A DNA stretch of 64,000 bases from Basidiobolus meristosporus CBS 931.73 (GCA_002104905.1 MCFE01000397.1:1-64000); one strand, 5' to 3'. Shown: positions 37,780 through 50,498, counted from the stretch's first letter. Notes: generated by a model not told the origin, from the letters alone. A program made the numbers and translations.

Positions 37780-38939
37780 TGTTGCAATTTAAGAAGTGAT
37801 TTGGATATAAGGAACTTATCAAGAAATAGTGATAATAGTTAAACTGTTGTTTATTCATAAAGAAGCTCAGTATTTATACATTTGTAGAAGTAATACAGCT
37901 GCAACACTAAGTAGGGAGGGTTTCTCAATATTCAGGAGCATTCTGTAACAGTTTCAGGGTTAGTACATAATGTTTGGTAATAGTGCTAATTTGATCCTGA
38001 TTATAGGGGAATAATCATAAGATCATATATCTGGCGAAAGTGACAAAGTTAAGGCAGTAAATGAGTCCTACAGTGACTAAGACTAGCCTAGAATTGTTAA
38101 GTAAATTTTTAGCTGCTGAATGATACCAAATAGTCCAATATTTCAACACTTTCACCCTAAGTCAAATCAAGTTTATTCAAGAAATACTAAAGATGTATCA
38201 AATGGAAGACTGTATACTGGCAGCTACCCCAATGTAGACAAACCTTAACATGGGCAAAACTCAACCAAGTCAAAAGGGCTTGGTGCCATATGAAAGCCCT
38301 GACTTTCCTTATCAATCTATGGCTGGCAGTCTAGTGTAAATGCTTGGAGCATGTCCAGATATCTCATATTCAGTGGGAGTTGTCAGCTAGCACAATTAGA
38401 ACAATGGATCTGATCATGTTGCAGGTGTTAAGCAGATTTTAAGATACCAAAAAGGAACTGCTATTATCTGCTGAAGGTACATCTATAATGATTCTGAACA
38501 GGATCTTGTGGGATACTCTGATGCTGATTGGGGACATATTTTAGGGACAAGGTATCCACCACAGCTTACACCTTTTGTTACTGTGAAGGAGCATTTTCAT
38601 AGAATTCAAGAGAGCAACCAGCTGTGGCACTTTCTACCACCTAGGCAGAGTATGTGGCAACCTATAAAGTGCGGTCATAGAAAGTATTCCATTACTGCAA
38701 TTTCTCACCAAATATTGCACTCATTTCTTGTTCTTGCCTTTTGCTATTTTAACACACAAATGAAAGATCATGATTTTCTAACTTTGAAGAGCAACAACCC
38801 AAGACCCTGACAAGAAATCCACCCAAGAGTATTATGTCATACAGAGCACTTAGTTGCCAACACATGTTTCAAATGACAGCTCATTTGAAGCAGTATTTTA
38901 GGAGTTATGATTAAAGGAGTCTAATAGCCACATATACTA

Positions 38940-39620
38940 GGCCTTCATTGCTGGGATTACTATGGTCACTTTGATTACATGTACCTCTTGAGCCAGCCAA
39001 TTAGTTTGCATGAAGTCCTAACAGGTGCTGCACCTATGTGTAATCTGCACCACTGCAAATTTAGGTTTGTTTCTTGTGTGTTGCTTGCACATATGCCCAA
39101 AAACTTTGATCCTTCATAAATTTCACAAAAATGACTTCCCCAGCTGAGGGCCTAAAAGGGAGCCTCTCTTTCCAGAATCTCTGCACTACAGTTACAAGTT
39201 TAAGGCCTATGAGACTTGCCTTGTATCACTTGAGCTGTTGATTATTCTGACTTCACTTGGTACTATATCAATAAAGAGGCTGCAAAGCTTGCAAGAGTCC
39301 AGGCTAAGTTCAACAAGAAAACTACCACATTTCTGTTGGAGAAGTCCCTTCTAAAAAGCCCTTTTACTCTCAAGACACCCCTTGAGAGACCACTGCAAAA
39401 AGCCCCTTTACTCTAATGACTACAGTTTAGACACCACATTTGGTCTAAAGACCCTTTTTATAGCTCCTACACCACACTTCTTAAAGTTAATGGGGATTTC
39501 AAGGTTTCCATATTAGGAAATATACCCCAGAAGTGAGAGGATTTCAAAATAAGGAAGAGCTACTATCATAGTCAATATAGCCTAAAAGTCAACTGAAGGC
39601 CTTTTGGCTTAGTTTTTGTC
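38940..39620. repeat. Unclassified non-coding dispersed repeat, copy 2 (inverted relative to 7620-8340)
   Basis: Reverse-complement homology to copy 1, including the CCCCTTT tandem units. Confidence 0.65.
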
Positions 39621-39879
39621 TCAACAAAATCAATATTGTCTAAGCATAATTAAGAATTTAACAATTCCTTTCTGGTTTCTACTCAAGCCTATTTTATCTA
39701 GCATTCCCAAGAGCACCAAGCCTAGCCTGCATGACAAGTCAACGCTTTTGCATTTATAGTCAAACCCAGCTATATTCTAGTCCAGCATAGACCAGAATCT
39801 CTCTGATAATATTTATACCACTCTCTGACAAATTAAGATCCTGCACTTAGCTGTCCCTTGGGTTCATTTAAACCAATAA

Positions 39880-42800
39880 AGAGCTTATTATGCTTTCTCT
39901 GGGATACAATGTTGTCACAGGAGAAGGATGCCCTCCTAAAAATGTTGGAGAGGAAGCCTTGAAGTACCAGAATAAAGTACAATGTGCCTTTAACTGCATT
40001 TGCCTGAAACTCAAATATAAATTGCTAGTTCAATGCTCAAGTGCAAGACCACCAAGAATGTTAGTAAGGTAATAGAAGATACATACCAGTCATATTCAGC
40101 TGTTGAGAAAATGAATTTTAGACAAAAATGCTTCAATACAAAGATGCAGGCAGGGAAAGTAGTGAAAAATCTAATTAACAGAATTACACTGCTGGTGGAT
40201 GGAATGAAATATATGGTCATACCAGCTACTGATGAGCATGTGATAGTTGTAGTAAGGGTCTTGAAGATATTGCTAGTGATTTGGGAGGGCAAGTAGATTC
40301 TGTGGTGTTCACTCAATGATATATTGAATGTGAAAGTAGTATTTATACTTTTACCTGTTCCTGGCATTACAAATATGTAGAATAGGTTAAGGAAGGTCCC
40401 AGGAACATGTGTGCAAAGTTTGGGGCTGCTTAGACAACTTTGAGAATTTTGATGCTCTGGGTACCCGGTATTTTGGTGAGAATATCCCAAGTAATTCCAA
40501 CAAGGAGTTTAGTCAGTATTCTCTAGGATTTGAAGGTAATGATTTAAGAGCTAAGCTAGGAGAATATTTAGGTAGAATTATGAATTTTTGCAAACTCACA
40601 CTCAGCCAAATGTTCATACTGACTGGTCCTAATTTTGACCTAAGATATTGAAACTTGTCTCTAGCTAATGGCTTTGTAAATATAGCAGCAATCATTACAT
40701 CTGAAGGATGGTAAACTAAGCTAACTAAGCTATTCTCTATAGCTTCACATATGAAATGATGTCTAATATCTATGTGTGTAGTTATAGCATGAGAAGTTGG
40801 ACTTCTATCTGCTTGCATATATCCTTGAGTGTCTTGAAATAAAGTAATAGGCATTTTTTGACATTGGCCTTAATCTGTAAAAAGCTTTCTTGACCGCATT
40901 GCTTCTTTTGTAGCTTCACAGGCCACCATATACCTTAAATTAGGTATATGAAGAATTAAGAAAATCAAGCACAAATAAGAAAGAAGAAGAAAATGCTTCA
41001 ATAAGCAATGATAACCAACAAGGGAGGTCCCTATGACCATACAAAGGCAACAGCAACCTGTTTTGTAACTACTGCAAAAGGAAAGGGCACACATCAGATG
41101 GGTGCTTCAAAAATAAAGATAGTCAGCAGAAAAAGCCTGAATATTGATATGCTACTACAACTGAAGATAGACTCTTCATATCTGCACTAAATATGACCAC
41201 AAACAAGGATTCTCAGATGTGGTATATTGACTCTGGAGCATCTTGACACTTTACATACCAAAAAGAACTTTTTACCCAATGTCAAGAAATTCCAATCAAC
41301 AAGGTTCTCATGGGTGACAATGGAACACTTGATGCAGTGCAAGATAAAACTATTCAAGTAAATCTTAGCAGCAGTGATGGAAGCAATACACTGACCTTTA
41401 AAGAAATACTCTATGTACCAGAAATAGCCAAGAACCTACTATCTGTAGGCAAGGCCACAGCAGAGGGACTCAGCTTCAGCTTTGACAATTCTGGATGCAA
41501 GATTACTAATCAAAATGGTGCCCATATTGCTTTAGGTATCAGAGATCAGAATCAATACAAGTTGACTTATATTCCAACAAATCTTGAAGTCAACATAAGC
41601 AACTTAAATGATGAAACACAAATACTTTGGCACAGGAGATTTGGACACATTAATTTTGATTATTTGCGCAAAATAATCAAAGATCAGTTAGTTTATGGAG
41701 TAAAATTTATCCCCCAGCTAGTTTGGAGCACTGTGAAGCCTGCATATATGGGAAACAAGCCAGACAACTGTTCAAGAGCTCCGGGTTAATCAAAATTAAG
41801 AAAAAATTAGATCTAATTCACTCAGATCTGTGTGGACCTATGCAAAATTTATCCCTAGGTGGGATGAAGTATTGAATTACTATTATTGATGACTATACAG
41901 GATATACATGGGTCAACTTCATGGAGAAAGAGGATAAAGCTCTGTCTAAGCTCAGGGAGTTCAAAGCCATGGAGGAGAGAGAAACTGGTGAGAAAATCAA
42001 GAAAATATGGTCTGACAATGGTGGAGAATGTACCTCAAAACTCTTCATCCACTTCTGCAAAATTTATGTGATAAAGCAAAAGACTACTGTACCAAACTCC
42101 CCACAGCAAAATAGACTAGCAGAATGTGCTAACAGATCAAAAACTGATATGGCTAGATCTATGATCCATGAACTAAAATTATCCTATGATTTTTGGGCTA
42201 ATCAGTTGCCACTGATGTATAACTTAAATATAGGAGTTATAACAAATTACTTTGTAATTCTATTCCACTTGAAGCATGATTTATAACAGAATACTTTGTG
42301 ATTCTACTCCATTTGAAGCATGGTATGAATACAGACCAAGTGCAGAACATCTAAAGATATTTAGGTGTAGAGCATATGCCAAGAAATTGCCCGGAAATCA
42401 GTCAAAATATGAGCCAAAATGTGTAAAATATATATTTTTGGGTTACTGCAATGAGAGTAAAGCATACACACTCTACAATACCAAAGCAAAGAAGCTAATC
42501 AAGTCCAGGGATGTGTTGTCAGATGAAAATTCAGAGTTCTCACAAAAATTGACTTCAGATGATGACAAAAATCTGATCTCAAGTCTACCAATTGTCAGGA
42601 CTGATTCAGAGCTAAACAATGAAAATTTTTTCACTCCAGTGGACTCTACAACCATGGTTTAGCCTGAGTAGTGCTCAGGAATATCCCAGAAGTGATCATT
42701 CCTGTAACAAATGCCTGGAGATCCAAATGCACAAGAAATAGCCCAAATTAGTATAATTATGAGGGTACAAACTTAGCCTATGCCTATTCAGTCCATATTT

Positions 42801-44360
42801 ATGAGCCCAAGACTGTGAAAGAGACCCTAAATAGCCCTCAGATAGAGGTCTGGAGATCTGCAATGACTGAGGAATATTAGGCTCTGATGGAAAATGATAC
42901 TTGAGTCTTAGTCAAATCACCAATCAACCAAATATCAATTGGATGCAGATGGGTCTTCAAGACAAAATACAAGGCTGATTGTAGAATTGGAAGATACAAA
43001 GCAAGACTTGTGGCCAAAGAATACTCTTAAACAAAAGGACTTGACTATACTGAGACCTTTGTACCAGTAGCCAAGTTTAATTTCATCAGATTAATATTGG
43101 CTATTGCAGCCAAGTATAAGTTTTTATTCATTAATGGATGTAAACTGCATCTTTGAATGGAGAACTTGATGAAGACATGTATATGGACCAGCCTAATGGG
43201 TTTGTTGACCAAGATAACCCCCATTTGGTCTGCAAGCTTAAAAAGTCTCAATATGTTCTTAAACAATCACCAAGAGCCCGGAATAACAAGATAGATTCTT
43301 TTTTGGAATCTTGGAGATTCAAAAGGAGTAATGATGACTAAAGTATATACTATAAGCCAGATAGAGCAAATCCAGTTCTATTAGCTTCATATGTGGATGA
43401 TCTTATTATAGCTGCCAGTAACCTAGAAACATGGAAGAGACTAAATCCATGTTGTCTAAGGAGTTCAAGATATCCAATCTAAGAGAACTCAGTTGTTACT
43501 TAGGGATTAAGTTATCCATAGATAGAAGTACCTAGAATATTGCCCTAACCCAATCCAAGTATATCCAGCATATACTAAAGAAATACCCAATGGATGACTG
43601 TAAATCAGCAGCTACCCCAATGGAGACTAACCTTAACTTGGTCAAAACTCAACCAAATCAAGAGAGCTTGGTGCCATCTGAATGCCCTGGCTTTCCTTAT
43701 CACTCTATAGTTGGTAGTCTGATGTATATCATGCTTGGAACATGTCCAGATATCTCATATTCAGAGGGAGTAGTCTGCCAACATAATCAGAACTATGGAT
43801 CTGACCATATTACAGCAGTTGAGCGGACTTTGGGATACCTAAAAGAAACTGCTGATACCTGCTTAATATATACTTATAATGATTCAGAACAGGATCTTGT
43901 GGGATACTCTGAAGCTGATTGGGGACAAGATTTGGAAGACAAAAGATCCACCACAGGATAACCCTTTCTTTATTATAAAGGAGCAATTTCATGGAACGCA
44001 AGAAAGCAACCAACTGTGGCACTTTCAGCCACAGAGACAGAGCATATGGCAGCCTGTGAAGCTACAAAAGAAGCAATGTAGTTAAGAAAGCTTTTTACAA
44101 ATTTAGGCAAATGTCAAAAAACTCCTACTACTTTATTTCAAGATAATCAAGGATGTATATAATCAGATAGGAATCCAACTTTTCATGCTAGTACTAAGCT
44201 CATGGATATTAGACATCATTTCATACTTGAAGCTATAGAGAATAAGTTAGTTAGCTTGGTTTACTGTCCTTCAGATGAAATGATTACAGACATATTTACC
44301 AAACCATTAGCCAGAGACAAGTTTGAATATTTTATGTCAAAATTAGTGCTGGTCATTTAA
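39880..44360 (+). mobile_element. LTR-less decayed copia-B body (gag, protease, IN, RT, RH) interrupted in gag by an antisense copia-B piece
   Basis: Gag fragments 39890-40247, knuckle remnant about 41050, protease WYIDSGAS at about 41220, IN 41921-42662, RT 43153-43341, RH 43590-44340. Homologous to 2183-4862. Confidence 0.85.
40248..40935 (-). mobile_element. Antisense copia-B fragment (3' LTR about 40248-40594 plus the RNase H end)
   Basis: LTR homologous to 1823-2171. ORF 40513-40854 matches the RH C-terminus of 2183-2962. Confidence 0.8.
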
Positions 44361-44502
44361 TCACATTTATCAATGATTATACAAGATACATGTGGGTCCA
44401 CATTATGGAGAGAAAGATAGAAGCTCTGTCTAAGTTCAGGAAGCTTAAAGCCTTGGTGGAGAGAGAAACTTGTGAAAAATTAAGAAAATATGCTCTAACA
44501 AT

Positions 44503-44713
44503 AGACTTGTTCCATCATTCCAGCTGATCATAGTGCCCAATAGTGCCATAGCATGCCAGATGGTGCCTGATCATGCCACAGAGTGCCAGATGGTGCCATA
44601 CAGTGCCAATTTGGGATCAAAATTGACATGCATATGACCCTAAAATATCAAATTAATAACAAAATATACAGCACTTTCTGGCACTATGATCGATGGCACA
44701 ATGGAACAAGTCT
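44503..44713. mobile_element. 211-bp MITE of the PHIS-type family
   Basis: Perfect 13-bp TIR AGACTTGTTCCAT/ATGGAACAAGTCT, AAT target duplication, internal GTGCCA repeats, no ORF. Confidence 0.9.
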
Positions 44714-45160
44714 AATGCCCAATGAAAAATTATTGAGAAGACCCCATCAAAAGGCTGGCATAAAGTTAATGTCCCATGACTGAGAGGTACTGATCTTGTC
44801 AGGACACTGTCCAGAGACCATTGAAAAATAATCACACCCTAGATTTCACAAAAAACTTTGTCAAAATTTTTCATCACAACAATGTATAGTGGCTTTGATT
44901 GGTTCCCTGCCAACTTGCTCACTTTCTGATCCTGGACACTCTATTGCCTCCTATGTTTATGTGAGTTGATTAGCTATTGCCTCTTTTCAACACTTCTTAC
45001 TTCTTGACTCAACCATTTCTCTTACTTTTCATGCTTACAAATTGATTTATTTCCATTGAAACTTCAGTTGTACCTCAGTTGCCAATTGTATTGACCTATA
45101 CAAGTCTCTAAACCCTACACTAACATTAAGTCCAACCCCACACTCAACAAGTAACTCCAT

Positions 45161-47115
45161 TTAAATCCACCACTGAATAAGTATTTCTGCTGTAATGCAC
45201 TGGTTCCACAACTTTGGCAGGAACCCAACAGCTTTATGCCACTGTTCATTCACTGGTTCCCACACATCCTGGTCTTCAGCTGGCACTGCAAGGTCTAGCT
45301 CCTCATTTGCCAGTCTTTGCAATAAATCCTTGCAATATTCCAGTGCGTTTTCATGAGCACTGCTCTTGAAGAGGTGCTGCAACCTCTTGGTGTGCCTATT
45401 AATGTTCCAAAACTCCACTGAAGGCATTGTGATAGTCTTTTGAGCTCTCAATGTTGTAGCATTGTCTGTCAGTGGGATCTCCACTCTGTCAACAATGGAG
45501 GCTGTGGAGGCTGTGGTAGACATATTGTTTTTTTCAGCAAACTCATCTACCTTGCTGGAGTGTAGCTCAACTGGCTGTGCTTCCAACTCTTGTGAAAACA
45601 GCTGTTTTTTTGTTGGTAATTTTTCTTGGCTATGATGGGATTCAGTCTGTTCCTGGCTTGCAGCATTAATTGGCAAGAAGTGCAGTTTTTTTTTCATGCC
45701 TCCCTGTCTCAGGCTTAGGCAGATATTTTTCCCTTAACCTTTTCCTTTATCACTGCCAGGTCTTTCACTGCTACTTTGTCTGAGTGCTTCTTGTAAAGAA
45801 CTACGTTTTCTCCTGGATAAATTCTGCTTGGACCCATCTGTTTTGGCCTGCTTGTCACTTGCTGGCACTCTTCTGGTAACCTGACGTTTCTTTTCAGCTT
45901 GTATTGAGCTCTCAACTGTAGTTGTGATGGGCTCCTGTAAAAGTAGCTGGTTTTTATCACTGCCAGGTTCTTCACTGCTAATTTGACTGGGTGCTTCTTG
46001 AGTGGTACTACGCTTTTTCCTCAATAAATTTTGTGCTGGTGCATCCATGTCTGCCTGCTTGTCCTCAATTGGTACTCTTCCAGCTGCCTGACGTCTCTTT
46101 GACGCTTGTCTGGAGCTTTTGGCTCTGCTTGTAACAGGCTCTTGAGGAAGCCGCTGGTTTTTAGCCATGGCACCCTTGTTCTTCTGCCTTTGATAGTTTC
46201 TGCTATTCTTAAGATACTTTCTTAGCATACCAATGCTGGCCCAAAATCTGTTTGCCTGCTTGAATCCAGGATAATGCTCATGGAACAAGTCCAGTGCATT
46301 CTGCTTGGCCTTGAGTTCCTGATGGTCCCATGGTATGCCAGCCTTAAGGTGATGGCATGCTAGACTTCTGATGGCCTCTTGTATATTGGCCCACTCTTCA
46401 TTATTGCACTCAACGGCTTCACGGATCTTCAATGACTTTTGATTTTTAGGCTTTGGTATAAACACCCATTGTCTCCCTCTCATGCTGTGATAAGCTTTTC
46501 CGTGGGCTTTATCTTTGGGCACTGTTGTTGTGCTTCAAAGGCTGTACAGTGTTCCTCTGCTGTTACATTGGGAAATGGCTCAATTCTTGGCTGTGACATT
46601 GAGCCACTTGAGTTCCTTCTTTGCAGCAAAGTTACTGCTTTCTCTACCTGGGATTTTGATTGCTCTACATGTATTATTCACTCATCCTGTTTCTGGACTA
46701 CTTCCTGATTTCTCTGGGCCATTGCATCTATCCTATCAGCCACTGCACCTAATTGCTTCATTAATGCTTTAGTATGAGCTGACAACATACTTGCTAATAT
46801 AGGTGGTGGTGATGTTATCATGGCCACTTGCTGATCTTCAACAGAGGGTACTGCATTTGCTACATTCTCATCTGCCTGAGCATAGCGGTCAGCTTGTGGC
46901 TCTGCAGAGGTTCTCAAATGCCTACTTGACTGAGAGCCTGAGGAGTCAGCATTATTACCTTCAATGTGCACACTGTCCACAGGGCCTTTTTTGAATGTAG
47001 CCCTGCTTGTTGCACTGAATGTCAAAGCAAGCTGTTGTCCAACTGTTCTTCTGTTGCTGTCAGAGGTGGGGTTTGGTTGAGAACCAGACAACTTTGCTTT
47101 ATTTTTTGGCAGCAT
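45161..47115 (-). pseudogene. Accessory gene of the CACTA-like element, unknown basic low-complexity protein (disrupted and/or spliced)
   Basis: ORFs 46678-47115, 45734-46522 and 45161-45697; the last two are in the same frame, separated by one TAA. Homologous fragments occur in three other copies. I recognise no domain. Confidence 0.65.
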
Positions 47116-49565
47116 ATATATGGAAGTGTGTCAAACCAAAGGGGAAATTGTGTTACATATACGTGTGCATGTGGTGCCACAACTTTATTTATAATGCTTA
47201 CTATGGTGGGTCATCATTGAATCTTACATTCATGCAAGTGCAATGTCTCAAATACAAGACTGTCTTGAGTTCACATGAGTATTGACCAAAAAGTGATATA
47301 ATTGCGTTACGTTGTTGAAGGTCAAACTGTTTGCCCCATAGACAAGACTACTTTGACTCAACACCGTAAGAGAAGAGAAAAAAGACCATGTGGCTATTGT
47401 GGCAATCCTCTCAGCCATGAAGCACGCAGACAGCATAGGGAGTATTACAAGGATCACGGCCAGTGTTTTGCCAGCCAAGTCATATTTGACCATTCATTGG
47501 TCACCACTGTAATAACATTATCTTGCTGGCCAGCTGATACTTCTATATTGGCACCTGGCCATCTTTGTCACCTTGCACAAACTGAGTCAGGTGAGTTTGT
47601 GATGCCTTTAGGCTCACCTCAGCCTTCTGAATATGGCATACAGAGTGATAGCTCTGACAAAGAAGGCTCACTGATGGATTTTGAGCCTATCTCCCTTAGC
47701 AACAGTACCACATATGAGCCTGGTCAAATCCCTATATGCAATGAGACAACACCTGTTGAAACAAATGCCAAGGATACTTTATGGAGCCAAGTGAGCCCAG
47801 TAGTCCATCTACTGGTGAATGATGTGATGATGTGGCTAGAGAAGTGGCGCATTTCCACTAATATCAGTAATGGGGGCTTTGAGGATTTATTACTACTTGT
47901 TGCCAAAATTGTACTGGGATGCAACTTACCATGTACATGGCACAAGTGGACAACTGTCATGCAGCTGGCAACATATAATCCAGAGACTGTCCTGATTTCA
48001 GCATGTGTTAACAGTTGCATGGCATTCATATCCAAAATGCTACCATTGCAATGTGCCCAAATTGTCAGGAATCCACCACCATTGAGGGAAAACATTGTTC
48101 ACACTTCAGATATATTCCGGTCATACCCCATCTGAGGAAGCTGATATACTCCAACAAATATTGCAAAGCTATACAGTACCGCACTCAGTATCAATTAAGT
48201 GCAAACATTTCTAATATATTTGATGGCAAACATTACAAATAGCTAAGAAGCAAGGGCTACTTTGAAGGTATGTATGACCATGCCATTGCTTTAGCACTTG
48301 ATGGATTCTCATTAAACAAGTACTCTACCAGCAAATTCTGCTGTCCACTGATTCTCATCAATCTTAATCTGCTGCCCATCTCACAGTGTCAGAGCAATAA
48401 TCTGATGGTAGTCTCACTGGTGTGTGGGCCTAAATCACTGTCTAACCTGGATAGCTACCTGTATCCATTCCTGATTGAATTTTGTATGCATTCCAGCAGG
48501 ATAACAGTAAATGGTTGTCATGTAAAAGTGCATATTACTATCTGCATTGGAGATACCCCAGCCATCAGCAAGAAAGCAGGTTTTTCCGGGCATAATGGAC
48601 GGTATTGCTGTTGAATGTGTGAGATTCAGGGGAATTACTGTCATGATCACATGACAACCATGAACACCCATGCCAAGTTTCAGCTTCCTAGCTCAATATC
48701 TAAGAGATTCCTTCTGGAACCTTCTACCACCTTCCAGAAAGTTCCTGACCATTCCAAACCATAGTTACACAATGGAACATTCCATGGAAGCTTTCCATTG
48801 TATTTTTCATAGTCAAGTACCATATAAGGAAATACCAGATCACATGACTTAGTCACTTGATTAGGTGACCCAATCCATTTCCCCATCCTGTCTCTGTACC
48901 ATGTCATCTATGTCATTATCCCCAGCACCATTGCTGTGCCTCACCCCACAACCCCATTAGTATTAGCTAATATCTCTTGGCATCAGTATAGCCAAAAAGT
49001 ATATATAGTCCTACCCCCCCTTAAGTATTCCTCAGTCTGATAAACACAGGTCTTGAATAAACAGCCTTGCCTTGAATCCTGCCTTGTCTTGATGGTCCAC
49101 ACCTAAGTCCTTTCCTGCCATGCCTAGCTTTTCCTCCTGCCTTGTGTCTATTCATAACAGTTTTATCAGACTCTCCTGACTTACCTGTGGATCCCTGCCT
49201 TCTGCCCAAAGTTTGAAGAAAACTTGTAAAAGGAATACTCACCGTAAGTATCACCCATCATCTTTCCCTAGTCTTGTCCTATAAAGGCAAAGATACTTTA
49301 TCTTTGTAAAACTATTGGTCAAAGCTGCATTCACTTTATTACCCTGCTGGTGGAGTTTACAGTTGTTACAGTATTGGAAGCTTTAGTGCAATACTCTATC
49401 AAAGGACGTCAAAACCAGTACCTTCTGAAGTGACGCTAACTTATTTAAGTTGGGGATTGTGGCTCAATAGATGTATGCTTGGCATACTAGTGGCTTTACA
49501 AACCCACAATCTAGTTTAGTATATTCCAGTATTCCTTGCAAGTTCATCCGCCTTCCTTGGCTACC

Positions 49566-50498
49566 ATGTCCAACCTAGAGCTGAACTTTGCCCAGCTCAT
49601 GGCTGCCTTTACCCAACTGCAGCAAGACCATGCAGACCTCAGAAACACTCTTGCTCAGTTCCAGAACCAAAGTGTCCAGCAAACTAGCCATGTCCCAGTC
49701 TACTAAGAACCCAAGTATACTCCTGCTACCAAGTTCAATGGCTCTCAGAATGAATTCCGTGGCTTCATCAACATGGTGAAGAACAATCTTGCACTCCAGC
49801 CCAACCGGTACACCACTGACCAGGCCAAAGCTGGTTTCATCTCCAACCTGCATACTGGTACTGCTCTCAAGTGTTTCTCCCCATTAGTGGAGACCAACTC
49901 TCCCCTCCTCAGAGACTACCAAGCTTTTCTCACTGAAATGGAGCTAACATTTTGTAACCTTGACCAAGCCAGAACTGCTGCCAACAAGATCAAGACCCTC
50001 AAGCAAGGGAACAAACCAGCATCAGTCTAAGCCTCAGAATTCTGACAACTCTCCAGTGACCTCAGCTCCTGGGGTCAAGCAGCCTTGATTAGCCAATTCC
50101 AAGATGGCCTCAATGATGAAGTTTGTGATCTACTACTCACACTCCCAGATTGAGATACATTGGTTGAAGCTATGCACCAAGCAATCCGGTGTGATAACAG
50201 ACTATTCCAGAAGAAGCAAAAGAACCGTCAAAGACACATTCCTGTTGCAGTCCCAGCCCCTCCTGCCCCCCAAGTCACTCCAGAAGATCCTATGCAGATT
50301 GATAGTACCAAATACAGGAAACTATCAAAGAGTGAAAAGTCCAGACGTCAACAAGCCAACCTCTGTCTATACTGTGGCCAACCAGGTCACTTTGCCAAGT
50401 CCTGCCCCAACAAGAAGTCCAGCTTCAAGCTGATGCAGTCCTCCAGTAACCAACCTGACTCAGATCTGTTGGGAAACTCCAATGTCCAGTTGCACTGA
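49566..50498 (+). pseudogene. gag: G2 gag with a few in-frame stops
   Basis: ATG at 49566; retrotransposon gag motifs (AANKIKTLKQG, FQDGLNDEV); knuckle CLYCGQPGHFAKSC; TGA at 50496-50498. Confidence 0.88.

Larger units (their letters stand above)
33463..38148 (-). mobile_element. Young full-length Ty1/copia element (copia-A), 4686 bp
   Basis: 369-bp LTRs at 33463-33831 and 37780-38148 differing at 6 sites by my count; perfect TSD CTTTC; PBS, PPT and a single ORF. Confidence 0.97.
33104..38680 (+). pseudogene. Copia-B RT/RNase H remnant (33104-33462 and 38149-about 38680) hosting the copia-A insertion
   Basis: Both flanks align colinearly with copia-B RT at about 43180-44050. Confidence 0.8.

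Noticed and set aside
44503-44713. GTGCCA repeat array read as a CRISPR-like or minisatellite locus
   Set aside because: The units are short and irregular, have no unique spacers and are bounded by a TIR and TSD; they are MITE subterminal repeats.
44890-45000. Clustered GATTGG/CCAAT motifs in the CACTA-like left subterminal region as an outward promoter
   Set aside because: They could equally be transposase-binding repeats; no orientation or TSS evidence.
45698-45733. Possible 35-nt intron removing the stop between ORFs 45734-46522 and 45161-45697
   Set aside because: The two ORFs are already in frame and the homologous segment near 18380-18450 reads through, so a point nonsense mutation is simpler.
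48670-49254. ORFs repeated in both G2 LTRs (48670-48852 and 54050-54232, etc.)
   Set aside because: They are duplicated because the LTR is duplicated; no evidence that they are translated.
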